NCBI GenBank assembly: GCA_013239625.1
Contig: MU053911.1
Location: 300,132 to 364,131, forward strand
Direction: 5' to 3'
Length of the DNA: 64,000 nucleotides
From: Lama guanicoe
Taxonomy: Eukaryota
In this document: piece by piece, positions 39,242 to 52,332 of the stretch
Layout: every line of letters begins with the position of its first letter
Position numbering within the stretch: position 1 is the first letter of the stretch
Program-made: the position numbers and the translations under genes
The notes under the pieces: model-generated
Databases searched by the model: none
Seen by the model: only the letters and a program-made list of their open reading frames with translations
What the model was told of the DNA's origin: nothing

Positions 39242-39612
39242 TAACCCCTAATTTATTCCTCCCCTGCCCTTTCCCCTTTGGTAACCATAGTTTGTTTTCT
39301 ATGTCTGTGAGTCTGTTTCTGGTTTGTAAATAGAATTTCCTTTTTTTTTTTTAGATTCCATGTATAAGTGATATCATAAATTAGGATTGAGGATTAACAG
39401 ACATATTACTATAAATAAAATAGATAAACAACAAGGTCCTACAACATAGCACAAGGAACTATATTCAATTTCTTGTAATGACATATAATGAAAAGAATCT
39501 GAAAAGAAAAAATACATATGTATGCATATGTATAACTGAATTGTTTTGCTGTACACCTGAAACCAAAACTGTAAATCATCTAAACTTCAATAAAAAGTAA
39601 AATAAAATAAAT
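39242..39612 (+). mobile_element. L1 3' end with 5' inversion
   Basis: 39242-39378 is antisense L1; 39379-39612 is the adjacent sense 3' UTR with A-rich tail. Flanking 17-bp repeat with 2 mismatches (39225-39241, 39616-39632). Confidence 0.85.
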
Positions 39613-40208
39613 AGATGTGAAGAGAACATCTTAAGCAGATGGGAGGTGTAATATGACTTGGGTTTTAAGCAGCTCTTTCCAGATCTTTCATGGCAAAGTT
39701 TACAAATGAGAAAGACATTTAACAAAGAAAAGAGGTTGGGTTTATTTATTTATTTTTTCAAGTATGATTGATTAAATTTAAGAATCAATATAACACTAAG
39801 AAAATAAAATGAAGACTTGTCCAAAAGCTTAAGCTGTAGGACATAAAGTGTTACTCCAGAAAATTCAATGTCTGAGTAACTAGTTTTCAAGAGAAAAAAG
39901 TAGGGAAATAAACAATAAAAAATTATAAAAGAAATAATGGGAGAAATGTTCCCAAATCTGAAATAGGACAGAATCTTGGAATAAGATACATTGTTGTCAG
40001 TTTTTTAAGAAGAGTATTTAATTGAGAAGAAAGTTCATCCAGTAATTATTTAAGCTGCGAGTTTTATTCTAAATGCTCTGAGATCACTGAAGTTTCTAGA
40101 TACAAGTATGAATAAACTTTGGTGTGTGTGGGGCCAGTTGCAGGTGAGGGCAGGAAATGGGAAAGTATTTAATGTGTTTTCTCAGATGTATATGCATCAT
40201 AATGCCTT

Positions 40209-40315
40209 TCTGTTTTTCCTTGTTTTTAATTGAAGTACAGTCAGTTGCTATGTGTCAGTTTCTGGTGTATAGCACAATGTCCCAGTCATGCATATATTCG
40301 TTTTCATAGTCTTGA
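40209..40315 (-). mobile_element. short L1 3'-end insertion
   Basis: ttgaagtacagtcagtt…tctggtgtatagcacaatg. TSD ATCATAATG(C/T)CTT at 40196-40208 and 40316-40328. Confidence 0.85.
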
Positions 40316-40382
40316 ATCATAATGTCTTATCATTGGTTTTATTCTCTTTTTAGAGTCTAAAATATTTCTTATAAAATGTTAC

Positions 40383-40591
40383 AATTCCAGTTTAACTGCA
40401 TGCACTCTCTTTCCTTGAACATATTCACACTCTTCATGAAGAATTCTAAGGTGAATTTAGAGACTTCAGGTAGCTGAACTTGAAAAATCAGTCATTAGTT
40501 TCCTATTTCAGGCTGTGCTCTTCTGGGGAGAGCAGAACGGCCTTGCAGGGTAGCTCTGTTCTCTTTTATTCCACACGATGTCACTGTGTCC
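40383..40591 (-). pseudogene. candidate relic exon (RGS helix 4)
   Basis: Acceptor ttttgtctttgacAG, donor GTAACA. Contains EVSKFTLEFFMKSVNMFKE, resembling RGS SEENIEFWLACEDFKK. Confidence 0.4.
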
Positions 40592-41362
40592 CTGTCAAAG
40601 ACAAAATTATCTCAAGTTTCTAAACTTCCACTGGATTTTAGGGAAGGGAAGCATTATGTTCATTTTGAATCACAATAATGGGGAAAAAATATAATTTTCA
40701 CTGTTAAATATTATGGTAAAATTTCCTGATTGCCTCTCATTTCTTTCAAATTTCAAAACAGATAGCTCTGTAGCATAAGGGGGAAGTCATTATTTATCTT
40801 CTCCAGGCTGCTTCACCAAGTAAATAGACTCAGGAAGCAATTTGCAAAAGCTTCATTAAGACCATTCAGACATTTCATCTTAACCTTCTCTTAATGTATT
40901 TATTTAAATATGGCTTTATATTTAAATAGAGATTTTTACAATGTAACACAGTTATATTTTGAAGTATGTATATGTATTTTTATATTTAAATATAAAATAT
41001 ATACTGAGAGATTTAGTGATGTATTGGAAAATGCAAAAATAATTGCATGACATAGTCTAATTGAATAGAGTTTTAAAAATAAGCAGGCTTGGTGACAGTA
41101 TCATGTATAGTGGAGCTTGCTGGAAGAAGCTTACGGTAATATTCGCCCTGGTTTTTGAGCCATGGAGGCACAGATCCCCTGGTAAATGTTGACCATCACG
41201 GAGGGAAAATAACAAGCTATGCGCTAGTCACAGTGCTTGTACTTTCAGAGTACAACTGTGCACAGCATCAGATAGCAGAGTGGCACTATGTCATCTGCAG
41301 GAACTCTGGAGTCAAATGTTCTGGTCCCAAACTTCAATTCCATCATTGCACACTTGTCATCT

Positions 41363-41996
41363 TGAGACAGGAAGGGGGCAGGGCACAGCCATTCAAGGAA
41401 TGCTACAGCAATTAACTTCAAAATGGTGAAAGATTTCAATCCCCTGTAGGCCTTGAGGCTCAAGATGATGGGAGACTTAACTTCTAGTAGACCTTGAGCT
41501 TCATTATATGCTTATTGTAATATATTAACATGGTGAATAACATGCCCACAGGCGCCATGACAGTCCCAAGGCTAGCCACAAAAGGTCAAAGAATGGGAAA
41601 TGGCCAACTTCCTGGGAATCCCAGCCCCTTCCCCAGGCTGGTTAGACTGGTCCTTCCACTTATTAGCATATGAAGCCACTGAGCCCATTGAAAGCTGAAA
41701 ACACAGTGCCTCACGGGCTGCCGTCTCTCTCTCTCCTGTTCGGAGACAGCCCACACTCTGTCTGTGGAGTGTGTACCTGCTTTTAATGAGCACCCAACCC
41801 CCACACCTCGTGGCCTTTCTCTTGCCTTTCAATGTATCTCTCTGAATAAATCTACCTTTACTTAACTGTGGCTTGCTCTTGAATTCTTTCCTGTATGAAG
41901 CCAAGGACCCACGCTTGGCAGGGCATGTCCCAGGTGCTCAACTGAAGTCTGAGACACAGTCTTCCTCACACCCCATGTCCGTTTTTTCCCACATCA
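41363..41996 (+). mobile_element. solo ERV1-class LTR inserted in a MIR
   Basis: TG…CA ends, AATAAA near 41845, perfect 4-bp TSD ATCT. MIR halves on both sides (ctctggagtcaaat… / cctcagtttcttcatctgta). Confidence 0.92.
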
Positions 41997-42288
41997 ATCT
42001 CACCCCTTGGTTCCTCAGTTTCTTCATCTGTACTATGGGAATAATAACAGTACCTATTTTTAAGTCTTTGCTAGTGTTGGGGGAATATATTATATATATA
42101 TATAATATTTTGATGAATAAACAGACAGTCCAGAATCTAAGAAAAAAATTTTATTGTGGAGATATATATGTACTTGTACATGGTTTCAAAAAGCCAACCA
42201 CACAAGTTAGCTAATTCTTGTCTAGATTTGCTTAGGGATTTTAAAATAACAATAAAAAGAGAAGGTTCAGAAGCAAGAAAATATTTAC

Positions 42289-42524
42289 CTTCAGATATTG
42301 TCCAGTCAACAGGGGAAGAGGTATGGGACTTGGTCTTGACATTGCGATTGGAAACCACAAAAGAGGGGACAAAGCAGTAAAATCCTGAGGGACACTGAGC
42401 TACAGTTACTGGAGGTGGTTAGTTCTGAAAAACGGAACCACTTGGCAATAATGCTGTAGGAGACATTCGGACAAACACCAGTTTGCCTCTTGATTTCAAA
42501 ATTTTTAGGTGTAGGATTCTATGC
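42289..42524 (-). pseudogene. candidate relic exon (RGS C-terminal helices)
   Basis: Donor AAG|GTAAAT. NPTPKNFEIKRQ…SYSIIAKWFRF would continue the domain begun in 47091-47354. Acceptor degenerate. Confidence 0.4.
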
Positions 42525-43639
42525 CTCAGAAATAAATATAGTGGGGCAGAAGAGACTGGTTCAGAGAGAGGAGTAGAATGGACAGGCATTATAATATATA
42601 ATGTCCAACCTCTTATTATTTTATGAACAAGTATATCCATCTCCTGATTATCTGGTAGAAAAACTCTAAGTTTTATCTATATATTAATATTTCTTTCTCT
42701 CCAATTTTTGTAAGCCACTCAAAAACAGTTGCAAAATCATTCCTTTCTACCATGGCACCAAATCAAGTGATAACAATGTGATACAAAGTTAATATGTAAT
42801 TATTGAGTATAATTTATGAAATCAAATCGGGGTTCAAATCCCAGCAGCACAATGCCACTTCAGAAGATGGTATGAAAAAGCACTGGAAATTCCAGGTGCA
42901 GTGAAGTCCTATGCAGATGTGGTAAAACTGGGAGTCACACTTATAATCTCTTTATGTAGCTGTTTGAATTATACAAGTGATCTTTGAACACATGTTTAAT
43001 ATAGCTATTATAAATACTGCACTGGGTCATCTTCTGATTATTTTACTAGTATGCATGTTTATTTGTGCAAATATGTTTAAGAGTTTTTCTTCCATATGAA
43101 TTAGGTCACACTATGGGTAATTTGTCATGCCTTTATTTTCTTATCACTTACTTATTCAGTCATTTATTAGACCAACATTTAACCAGGGTCCTTTCCACAT
43201 CATGCTGATGGTGACAAGGGCACAAATGAGGAAGCAAGGGACTAAGGCCACATGACCAGTGAGCTGGTAACATAGACCGTGCAGAGACCGCAGCAGCGCA
43301 TGGAAATCTTGCCTTCTGTGATTAGGAAAATCCTGGAGGAGGTCGTGACTAAGTTGATTATAAAACCGGAGGAGTTACCCAAGATAAAACAGGGAAGGGT
43401 AAAGACATTCCAATTCCAAAGAGAGACAATCATATGTGGAAAAAAAAATACATTAAGTAAAAAAAAAAGAGAACATGGCATGTGAAGGAGCTGTGGAGAA
43501 CAGGCAGAGCCCTGACAAGTGATGGAGGGGCAGACCATGAAATGCTTCCCATCCTCTCCTGAGGCTGCTCAGAGGGGCTTATAATGTCCCTGAAGGCTTT
43601 TGGCGGGTATGTGACATCATGAAAACTTTTGCATTTTAG

Positions 43640-44148
43640 CAATATTGAGCATTTTTTTTCGTGTGCCTATTGGCCATTTTATGTCTTCATTGGAGAATTG
43701 CTTTTTTAGGTCCTCTGCACATTTTTGGACTGGGGTTGTTTGTTTTTTTGTTATTAAGTTGAATGAGCTGTTTGCATATTCTGGAAATTAAGCCTTTATC
43801 AATCACATCATTTGCCAATAGTTTCTCCCATTCCATAGGTTGTTTTTTTGTTTTGCTTATGGTTTCCTTTGCTGTGCAAAAGCTTATAAGTTTAATTAAG
43901 TCCCACTTATTTATTTTTGCTTTTGTTTCTATTGCCTGCGTAGACTTCCCTAGGAGAACATTGCTAAGATTTATGTCAGAGAATGTTTTGCCTATGTTTT
44001 CTTCTAGGAAGTTTAGAGTGTCTTATCTTGTATTTAAATCTTTAAGCCATTTTGAGTTTATTTTTGTGTGTGGTGTGAAGGAGTAGTCTAACTTCGTTGA
44101 TTTACTTGCGGCTCTCCAGTTTTCCCAACACCGCTTGCTGAAGAGACT
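43640..44148 (-). mobile_element. internal L1 ORF2 fragment
   Basis: Classic antisense ORF2 (tttgctgtgcaaaagctt…ttttgcctatgttttcttctagg…ttgctgaagagact). Confidence 0.92.
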
Positions 44149-45169
44149 AAAAGTTGTACAATTTAGAGAGAGCAGTTTGGTTGTCATTTGGAGAATGGAT
44201 TGGGGCCTGGTAAAACTGAAATTATGGATACATTTAGGAAGTAGAGGCAGTTCTCAATCAAAGATAAATGTACATGAACTATTGTCTGAGAAGAGAGGAT
44301 GCTGAGAAGTGGAGAGGTTTATGGCCAGTTGGGAGTCCAGGAGAGCAGGGAGGAGGATGGACGGTGCCTCTCAGCTGAGATGGTGCAGCTGCTCCTCCGA
44401 GTGAGCAGATGCAGCCTCCCCACCGAAGTCACCAGCTAGCCAGCGTCATCATAACGTCCACCCTCACCTATGCTGGCACTTGGGCTGGGCAAAATACAGG
44501 CTGAGAATGTCTTTGGATCACATTTTCCCCTTCGATTTTACAAAGAAAGAAGACAAGGGAAAGGGAGAGGAAGGGGGGAAGAGACTGAGCAGGAGACAGG
44601 GGAAGAAGTGAAAAAAACAAAAAGATAAAGAATAGAGAGTAATAATATAAAGAAGACAATGCAATAATAATGCTTTCTTTCACACAATTCTGGTTTTTAA
44701 TCTTGGCCCTATCATTTGAAGATACACCAATTTGACAAGTAGCTTAATGTCTCCAAACTCAGTTTTCTCATTTGTAAATGTGACTTCCTAGGGATTTTAG
44801 TAATCAGTGTAATCATACATGTAAGGTACTTAAAAGAGTTCCTGAAACATGGGTAAGTTCTTTAGAAATATATTTGTCTTCCCAGTGACTGTCTATTGTC
44901 TGGACACAGCCAGGCATTACATTATGTATAGCAGTTCAGAACGCAGGCCAAGATGCATAAGAGTGCGTGTGTGTCTGAAAGAACTAGAGGGCCAGCAAGT
45001 TAGAGAACACTGGCGGCTGTGGGGACGAGAGTCTGGAGTTCAGCTCAGATGTGAGCCTTGCACTCCGTGTTGCTTTTCTCCTTCTGAGATATTTTTGACT
45101 TTTGAGGAGGCTGCTGGAAGACTGGGAGGCTCTTTATCAGCCTTCATTAACCTTAAATGAATCTCCCCA

Positions 45170-45845
45170 ACCCTAACTGCTCACCAGAAGTAACAGTGAG
45201 TCCTCTATGGAAGAAAATATCATTATTCAGTCTGCATACTATCATTTTTCCGAAGACAATATCTGGAGTTCAATACAATTTCCAATCATATCAGGACACA
45301 ACGTCACCCAACTTAAAACAAGAGAAGAAATAGATGCTACAGACAAACCTAAAACAGACCGACGGGAAATTCAGATGTGAAAATGCGTTGCATTTGGACT
45401 TTGAAACAACTATGATTGATATGTTTAAGAAACTAGATGTCAAGGCAGGAGATACAGAAAGCTAGAAAAGACAAAAAAGAATCTCATGGACATTCTGGAG
45501 CTTTCAAATACAGTAATTAAAAGCCCAGCATACGTATTTCATAGGAGATTTTACACAGCTGACGAGATTGGTAAACTCAAAGATAGATCAGAATAAACAT
45601 GCAGACTGAGATTCAGAAAGACTGAAAGACAGAAAAATGTGAAAGATTAATGTGATACAGTGAAAAGATTTAGCATGTGAGTTCATGGAACTAAATAAAG
45701 AAAATGGGGCAGAAAATACATCTGAAAGGTAACAGAAGAAAATTTTGAAAAATAAATTAAAAGTAAGAACACATAAGTTCAAGACTGTACAACCAAAACA
45801 GAATAAATGCAAAGAAAATTATACCTATAGACACATCACAGCAAT
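45170..45845 (+). mobile_element. old L1 ORF1-region fragment
   Basis: ggactttgaaacaactatgattgatatgtttaag…acacagctgacgagattggtaaactcaaagatagatca. Confidence 0.7.
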
Positions 45846-46249
45846 GGTTAGATTAATTAATTGCTGAACAGGCCTTAGAAGAGTGCCTGCAGAAAGGACC
45901 ACCCAATTGTTACAGTTATTATTATCATTATTTATTTATTAGCATTGTTACTTCTAATCAAGTTTCTCTTAGGTAAGTTAACTGGATTATCTGGTGAGCT
46001 AATTTAGGAAAAGTATTTTTCTAAGATATTGACATTGAATAATAGCCTCTTACAGTTATATATTATTATGTGTTGCTCAAAGCTTTTCATGTGTATTAAT
46101 GTATAGTATATCTTTTTAAAGTTCTTTAAAGCAAATCAATCAAATACTTCTCAATGACAACAATAAAAATAAGGAGGCAATGGAATGATAAATCTGAGAA
46201 TATTTACCACCAACAGAACAGTACAAAACTTCTGAGTAATAAATTTCAG

Positions 46250-46375
46250 GAAGAAAGGAAATGAAAGAGAGAAAGAGAGAAAGAAAGAGAGGAAGGAAGG
46301 AAGAAATGAAGGAAGGAAGGAAGAAAAAAGAAAGAACGAAAGAAAGAGAGAAAAAAAGAAAAGAAGAAAGAAAAA
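46250..46375. repeat. GA-rich low-complexity tract
   Basis: Directly visible. Confidence 0.85.
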
Positions 46376-47090
46376 ACTTAGATGTCAGGAGGAACAGAAA
46401 ACAAATGGTAATAATAAGTAAATCTAAGTAAACATCATTCATATAAAATAATTAAAAACCACTATATATATTTTTATATTTTTTAAGAGGGTAAAATATA
46501 AAGACATAAAGAGTAAATGAGAGGCAACAGTTGGTTTCAATGCTCAGAACTTTTGAGATACACTGCCTGATTTCAAATCCTGCAGTAGCATTCATGAGCT
46601 TTGTGACCTTAAATAAGTGAAACTTTGTTAATCCTTTTTTACTCATCTTAGAACATGAGTAGTTATTGCATCCATCTCAAGGGGTTATGTGAAGACAAAC
46701 TGAGTTCATGTATGCAAAACACTTAGACCCTTGCCTAGGGAAGGCAAACCCATCATGTGCTCCTTGAAAGGAACAAGACTATTGATAAAGTGAATTGATC
46801 ATGTAAAATTTTCAATTTAGACTGCTTTTCAAATATACTCTGTATCAATAATTAGAGCAATATAGAAACTCCGACAGATTTTTGTTTCATTCTGTTTTAT
46901 TTATCCTCTAAAAATGGCAGAATGGCTGAATAGCTGAGAAGAACCACAAATTCCACAGAAAATAGAAACGTAAATAACTAAGAGTTGACCAGTAGAATAT
47001 TGGTAAATGAGAAAAAATATTCACAATTAAGACTGGACCAGTCACTTTAGAGACTCTTTATTCTGTATAGAGGTACTCAAAACCATTCAC

Positions 47091-47354
47091 CACCAAGAGG
47101 GCAGGCTTGGACTTGTGGTTCTTTGTCCTGTGTCTTTGTTGGAAGTATCACTGGAATAACTGGATGTCCAGGTAAGAGAAAACCGCCAACAGTCTTTGCT
47201 ATCCTACTTGTTTTAGAACAGACGCATGGCTACCAAGACCAGTGGTCATTGACACTGACAACTTCCTCCAAAACAAAGTAAGAATATCGGCAGTCTGTTG
47301 GTAGAAAGAATTTGAGTAACATTGACCTTCTCTCCTAAGAGAACCATTTGTTGC
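47091..47354 (-). pseudogene. candidate relic exon carrying most of an RGS domain
   Basis: Strong acceptor (ttaattatttcccttcattcAG), donor GTGAAT, 264 nt. With two compensating frameshifts it reads MLLKFFL/QQTADILTLFW/EEVV…KTSRIAKTVGGFLLPGHPVIPVILPTKTQDK. Confidence 0.6.
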
Positions 47355-47854
47355 CTGAATGAAGGGAAATAATTAAATACTGCCTTTTAAGATGACAAGT
47401 TAAATTCACAGACATCTGCTGTTTGGTCAGAGTTTGCTGGAGCTTTTGAGATGGTCCATGGGACCTGCATTTCCCTGTAATAGGGAGTTAATATGCCCAT
47501 AATGACAACGCTGTGTGATTCATTTCTGTTTTTTCTCCATCTCTTCTAAAGACGAAGATTTTCAGCTGTTCTTTATTAGTCTCAAAATAAGGTTTAAATA
47601 GGCCAGAAGCCCCCTTTCTGAGAATAGTGACATTGTAAAGTTAAAGACACATATCTGTGTCCCAAAGTAAAACAAGACACTATGTCTTCATTCTCAGTGT
47701 CACTCTTGTGTGGCTCAGTAGGGTTAATAAACACGTTGGAATCACTTGGGAATTAGCAGCACTTGTGGAAACTTCTGAGTTTAGTGCCTGTTCTATCTGG
47801 ACCAAGTATGAGAAAGAGATCGTGGATATCCGCCCCTGAAGAGGCCACAGACAC

Positions 47855-48239
47855 CCGTTCTAAACAAATGCACGATGAACTCCATGTGTTTTCGTTTTTA
47901 AGGAGCTTGCTGCACTGAGTGGAAGTTTGTCCATTTTTTTATAGTGAGAGCGTTTCCAGGCCCTCTGGGAAATGAAGCTAAGGGAATCTCCTGTACCAGT
48001 GGTTTTAGCGCCAACACTGTTAGTGCCCTGCAAGCCAGGGATGTCCCCACTTTCGGGTAATGCCATCTTTTGAGATTTAGGTGAAGTGGTGACCGCTTTC
48101 TCAGATGACATGTGCTTAGATAGACATTCACTCAGTGTGGTCCACCAGCCACGGGTTTCCTTGGTCTCTCTGTCCGTTGGGTCTCTAGGAATCCTCTGAC
48201 ACCAACGTCCTCTCTAGAAGAACTTGACAACTTGTTCAG
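47855..48239 (-). pseudogene. candidate relic exon carrying an RGS-like domain; 3' boundary approximate
   Basis: Acceptor attttatcccAG. Motifs in order across frameshifts: EQVVKFF, VNVYLSTCHLRKRSPLHLNL, PLVQEI/LSFISQRAWKR. Confidence 0.5.
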
Positions 48240-48899
48240 CTGGGATAAAATGTTCATTTCCTATTGTTCTCTTCCTCTCTTTGTGCGATATGGTGTCATT
48301 ACTTTTTTTTATTGGAAACCCAGTGCAGGAGGTTTTCCTTTCCCAAGGAGAAAGGGCCCTGGGAGATGCTGCTCAGGTGTATAGACAGTGCAGGGTGTAG
48401 CTACATCAGCTCCGCCGTCCAGTCACTAGCCTGTCTTCTCCCACTCGCTGCTCACAGGGAGCGTGCTTCAGGCATCGTAACGCTTTCCTTGCAGTAACTG
48501 TCTCTTACCTGGATTTCCACTTCTGTAGACTACTTCTAAGTGCTTAACATAGGTTTTTTTTTTTCTATTTAGAATATTACAAAAGAGTAGGATTGCTTGC
48601 AATTCATGTCCCCTAAGCTGTACAATAACACACAGGGGTGGGCTGGGCAGTGATCAAGCCAGGTTTTTCCCACTTCTCTCAGCAGTTGAAACTCCCAAGG
48701 TATGTTTCAGTTCCATAGGAATGCAGCCTCGAAAACCAGTAAGCAACGCTGAGGCCGTGACGCGAGTGTGGGTGGAGGCTGGTCTGTGTCCGACACCCCA
48801 GCAGGGGGCACCCTTTGCCTCTGCCCAGTGCTGGGCGTTTTGAGTCCAGCCGTGAAATGATAGCATCAGGTTCCTTAGACACGAAAAGTCACTACTTAC

Positions 48900-49080
48900 T
48901 AAAAATATCTGTTTCTACCCATCTTTACAAGGAAACCATCAAGATTCCATTGAGCAGATTAAAACTTTCAGAAATAATAGGAGTACTGGCTCCTCAGCTG
49001 AATCTCTGCATCCAACACAACTTTTTCACCAGGTAACATCTGACACCAGCTCCTCGACGTGAGGAAAACGACCTTTTGTC
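48900..49080 (-). pseudogene. candidate relic exon (second half of an RGSL1-like domain)
   Basis: Perfect donor GTAAGT (48899-48894). RFPHVEELVSDVTW*…VLLLFLKVLICSMES*WFPCK resembles RGSL1 EEMLQCDA…LLTLQGHVMKSIEEKWF (recalled). Phase matches the preceding exon. Confidence 0.5.
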
Positions 49081-49430
49081 CTGTGCATTTCAACATCCCA
49101 TAGGCTGTCCACCCTAAGGGTCCTGACCATTAGAGAAAAAATGTAGAAGAAATGAGTAAAGAAGGAAGAATTTTAAGACTTTTGTCAAACAGCTGAAATA
49201 TTGTGATCCTGGTGTCATTTAAATTTCTGAAAAGATTTAGGGCAATTCATATTTAAGCCCTATGACTAATCCACTCAGAAACCAAAGTCATTACAAGTCT
49301 CACTTCTTTATAGATCATCTGATAGCAGACAAATCAGAACTGAACAAAAGTGTATTCTTCTGAAACTACTATAGAGTCGAAGAATCAGAAGCTCTCTGAA
49401 GACCTATGTGATACCTCTCAAATAACTCAC

Positions 49431-49559
49431 TTGGTTAGAAGAGTATTATGTAACCATGACAGTGGTGAAGATAAGTTTAGAGACGTGCTCGTATTTCAAG
49501 CAGAACTATGTTGTAATGGAAACAAAGAATTATTAGCAAGTTCATTCAGATTCTTTTTC
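49431..49559 (-). pseudogene. candidate relic exon (RGS helices 1-4)
   Basis: Acceptor ttcttatttatctttaccggcccAG, perfect donor GTGAGT, 129 nt. KKNLNELANNSLF then, frameshifted, FCLKYEHVSKLIF. Confidence 0.5.
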
Positions 49560-50228
49560 CTGGGCCGGTAAAGATAAATAAGAATAGTCTCTTGGAAAGT
49601 TAAATGTCAACAAAGAAAATGCAAGTGTGCTTAGAGGCGAAATTGTCATACTGAATACGGAGGTGTGAGTTTGCTGTCTGACGAGTGTACCTCTAACTAA
49701 ATTGTTCGTGATACTGTAATGCATAGAGCACATCAATGGAATAAAAAATACTACCTTAATTTTTTTTAATTAGAAATATTGACATGTATATGCTGTCTCC
49801 TGAGTTTTCCGAGGCATTTATCTGAGAAAGTATATGAACACAGGAGATGATCCTTTGACGATGCTTTCATTTAAACAGCATGAAATAGTTTGCAGGGACA
49901 CCATTTTACCTTTTCTTGGTCTGTTTTATTTTTTAAGTGACTGTGGCCTACTTTACTGATATTTAAACACAAACTCTAGACTGCAAGTCTAGATTAGAAT
50001 GCAACTCAGTCTAGAATGCAACTCTAGACTGAATAAAGATAATTCCTTGGAGAAAAAGAGAGAATTCCTGTATTTCATTACAAGAACTTTAGAATTCACT
50101 GCTTTTCCTCTCATGAAACTTAAAGGATGTTAAAAATACAGGAAAATATAACCTGACAAAATCTGGTAGCTCCTAAATGTCAGTGAAAAATCTAATGTGA
50201 TGTTTTATTTCATAGTAAATGAAATTAC

Positions 50229-50505
50229 TTCGTAATGTATCAAGTGTGTTTCCAAATGGAAAGCCAAAGCCTGCACCAACTCTGCACTGCCAAGAAACGT
50301 TCTGCCGTGGTTCTCATTGTTGACACAGCGTCTAAACGAAGGCCTCAGATGAAGGGGGAAAGCACATCTTTACACCCGGGCTTCTTGGCAACAGAAGAAA
50401 GTGCTGTACTGTTCTCCTCGCAAACCGTCCCCATTAGAGCTCAAGATGTTCTTTTCCTTCTAATCCTCATTTGTCCCCTTAGCCATTTGTTTAGAATTAA
50501 ATTAA
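50229..50505 (-). pseudogene. candidate relic exon
   Basis: Acceptor ttttccaaattgcAG, donor GTAATT. FI*GLRLDAVSTMRTTAERFLAVQSWCRLWLSI resembles RGS22 AFRKALLNPVTSRQFQRFVALK (recalled). Confidence 0.4.
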
Positions 50506-52224
50506 CTGCAATTTGGAAAATGTGGATGAAAGGTAGTGCATTGAGTAGATATCACATGTTTCCTGAATGGTGCCTGTTCGGCCTCTTTCACGGCCATTCA
50601 TTGTGCTTGAAAGGGTGTAGTGTGTGAATTGTTGGACTGTCACTCTGCAGAGAAGTCTGGCAGCCAGTATTACCATGGAAACAGCAGGAAAAAGACAATT
50701 AACAAAATGGCTCTGATTTTTTTTTCCTATTTCTTTTTCTACTCTTTAGATTTAGAGGATATTCGCCCTTTAAAACACACACACTCAGATGTACGCACAT
50801 ACCCTCAAGCACACGCACCAAAAAAAAATTTGAAAATCTACTTATACTTGGATTCCTCCACTGATAGTATCTGTGAAAATTGTTTTAAAAATCACATTTC
50901 TAATATAAAATATTTATAGATGATTCTCTCAACGTCTTCCTCCCCCCCTTTCTGTTTTTGTTCTTTTCAGACATGGAAAGAGTTCTTTGGAAATATCCTT
51001 AGGTAAACGACTGTTAATGAGCAGAGTCTGTGATTTTAACCCTGGCACATTCATTGGACTTTTAATTAGTCCCTCTTACCATCACTCCCATGACAGAAGC
51101 ACAATGTAGGCCCAAGAGCTTAAACCAAAAGGAGGCTCTCTTTGGATTTGTGAACCTTAGTTTAGGTTAGCACATGAGGGAAAGAGGGCTATATGTGGCC
51201 GTTCTGGCTAGAATTTGTGACTGAAGGGTTAACAAAGCATAGAGAGTAAACGTTTGATGTCACCATTCATGCTAAAAACGCATTGCAATCTAAACTTTGT
51301 CAGACTTTGATTTTCTTTAAAAAGCTATTTATAAATAAAGGGAATGATTGTACATTGTCAGCATCATAATCAAAGTAAAATATGAGTGGGAGACCTATTG
51401 AGCCCGTGTGTCAAATATTCCATTGAAATGAAACATGGTGCTTTGCAGATAAGCACTCTAAGTGCAAAGAGATACTTGGGAATGTAAGAATGCAGGTTTC
51501 CTTTGCACACTGTATTTAAAATCGGTTCTCTTTCCTAAGCCTTATAGAAAAAAAATAATTCTATATGAGGCCGAAGCCCAACAGTGACCTTGAGCTTGTT
51601 CTGACTTTAGTACAATGAAAAAAAGTTTTCTACCAGAATGGAATGGAAGTATCTACTGTTTTACAGAACATTTATTGGCGTCCCTAAAATTTGAGGCAAG
51701 TCTCCAAAAACCATTCTCAAAATTTCCCAAACCAAGGAAAGCTTAACCACTGTTGAATTATGTTTTTTTTTTGTAAATTTTCTCCAATGTTTCATGCTTC
51801 CTCTAATCGACAATATTCACTTCTGATTGTAAAAAGGCTCATTTAAACACAAAATTCCAGGAAAGATTTTTCAGGCAAGGATGTAATCTGTTTTTACCAC
51901 ATTTTAGAATCTGGGTGAATTTTTAAAAAGCCTTTTAATTTCTGATAAAACCCATAGGTTATACCTTAATGGGGCTGAACAAAAAATTGTCTTTATTAAG
52001 TAATTCTGAACCAGATCCTGAGGAAAAGAGACGGTGTTCTAGATTTGGACAGTCCCATATTTTTTGAGGCTAGTCGTTTATACTATGCAAAAAAAAAAAA
52101 TTAAAACATATTAGCATATTTGGAAGGAAGTATTTGAGAAAAAGTCATGTGAAAGTTTGAAAAATGTGTATGGTTTTGAATTGAAGTCAAGCAAAACTTG
52201 ACATTTTTAGTAAGAGGAAACCAC

Positions 52225-52332
52225 AAAGTAGTGATTTTCAGATTCTATAATCCTGGGCAGCTCTGCTTTTAGCCATATTTAACTTCTTGTCAACTGTATC
52301 ATTGGGATGAACACAAATCCCTTTGGAAGTGA
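52225..52332 (-). pseudogene. candidate relic exon (RGS terminal PRFxxS motif)
   Basis: Acceptor ttctgatatacctcatAG. SLPKGFVFIPMIQLTRS*IWLKAELPRIIESENHYF. Donor weak. Confidence 0.4.
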
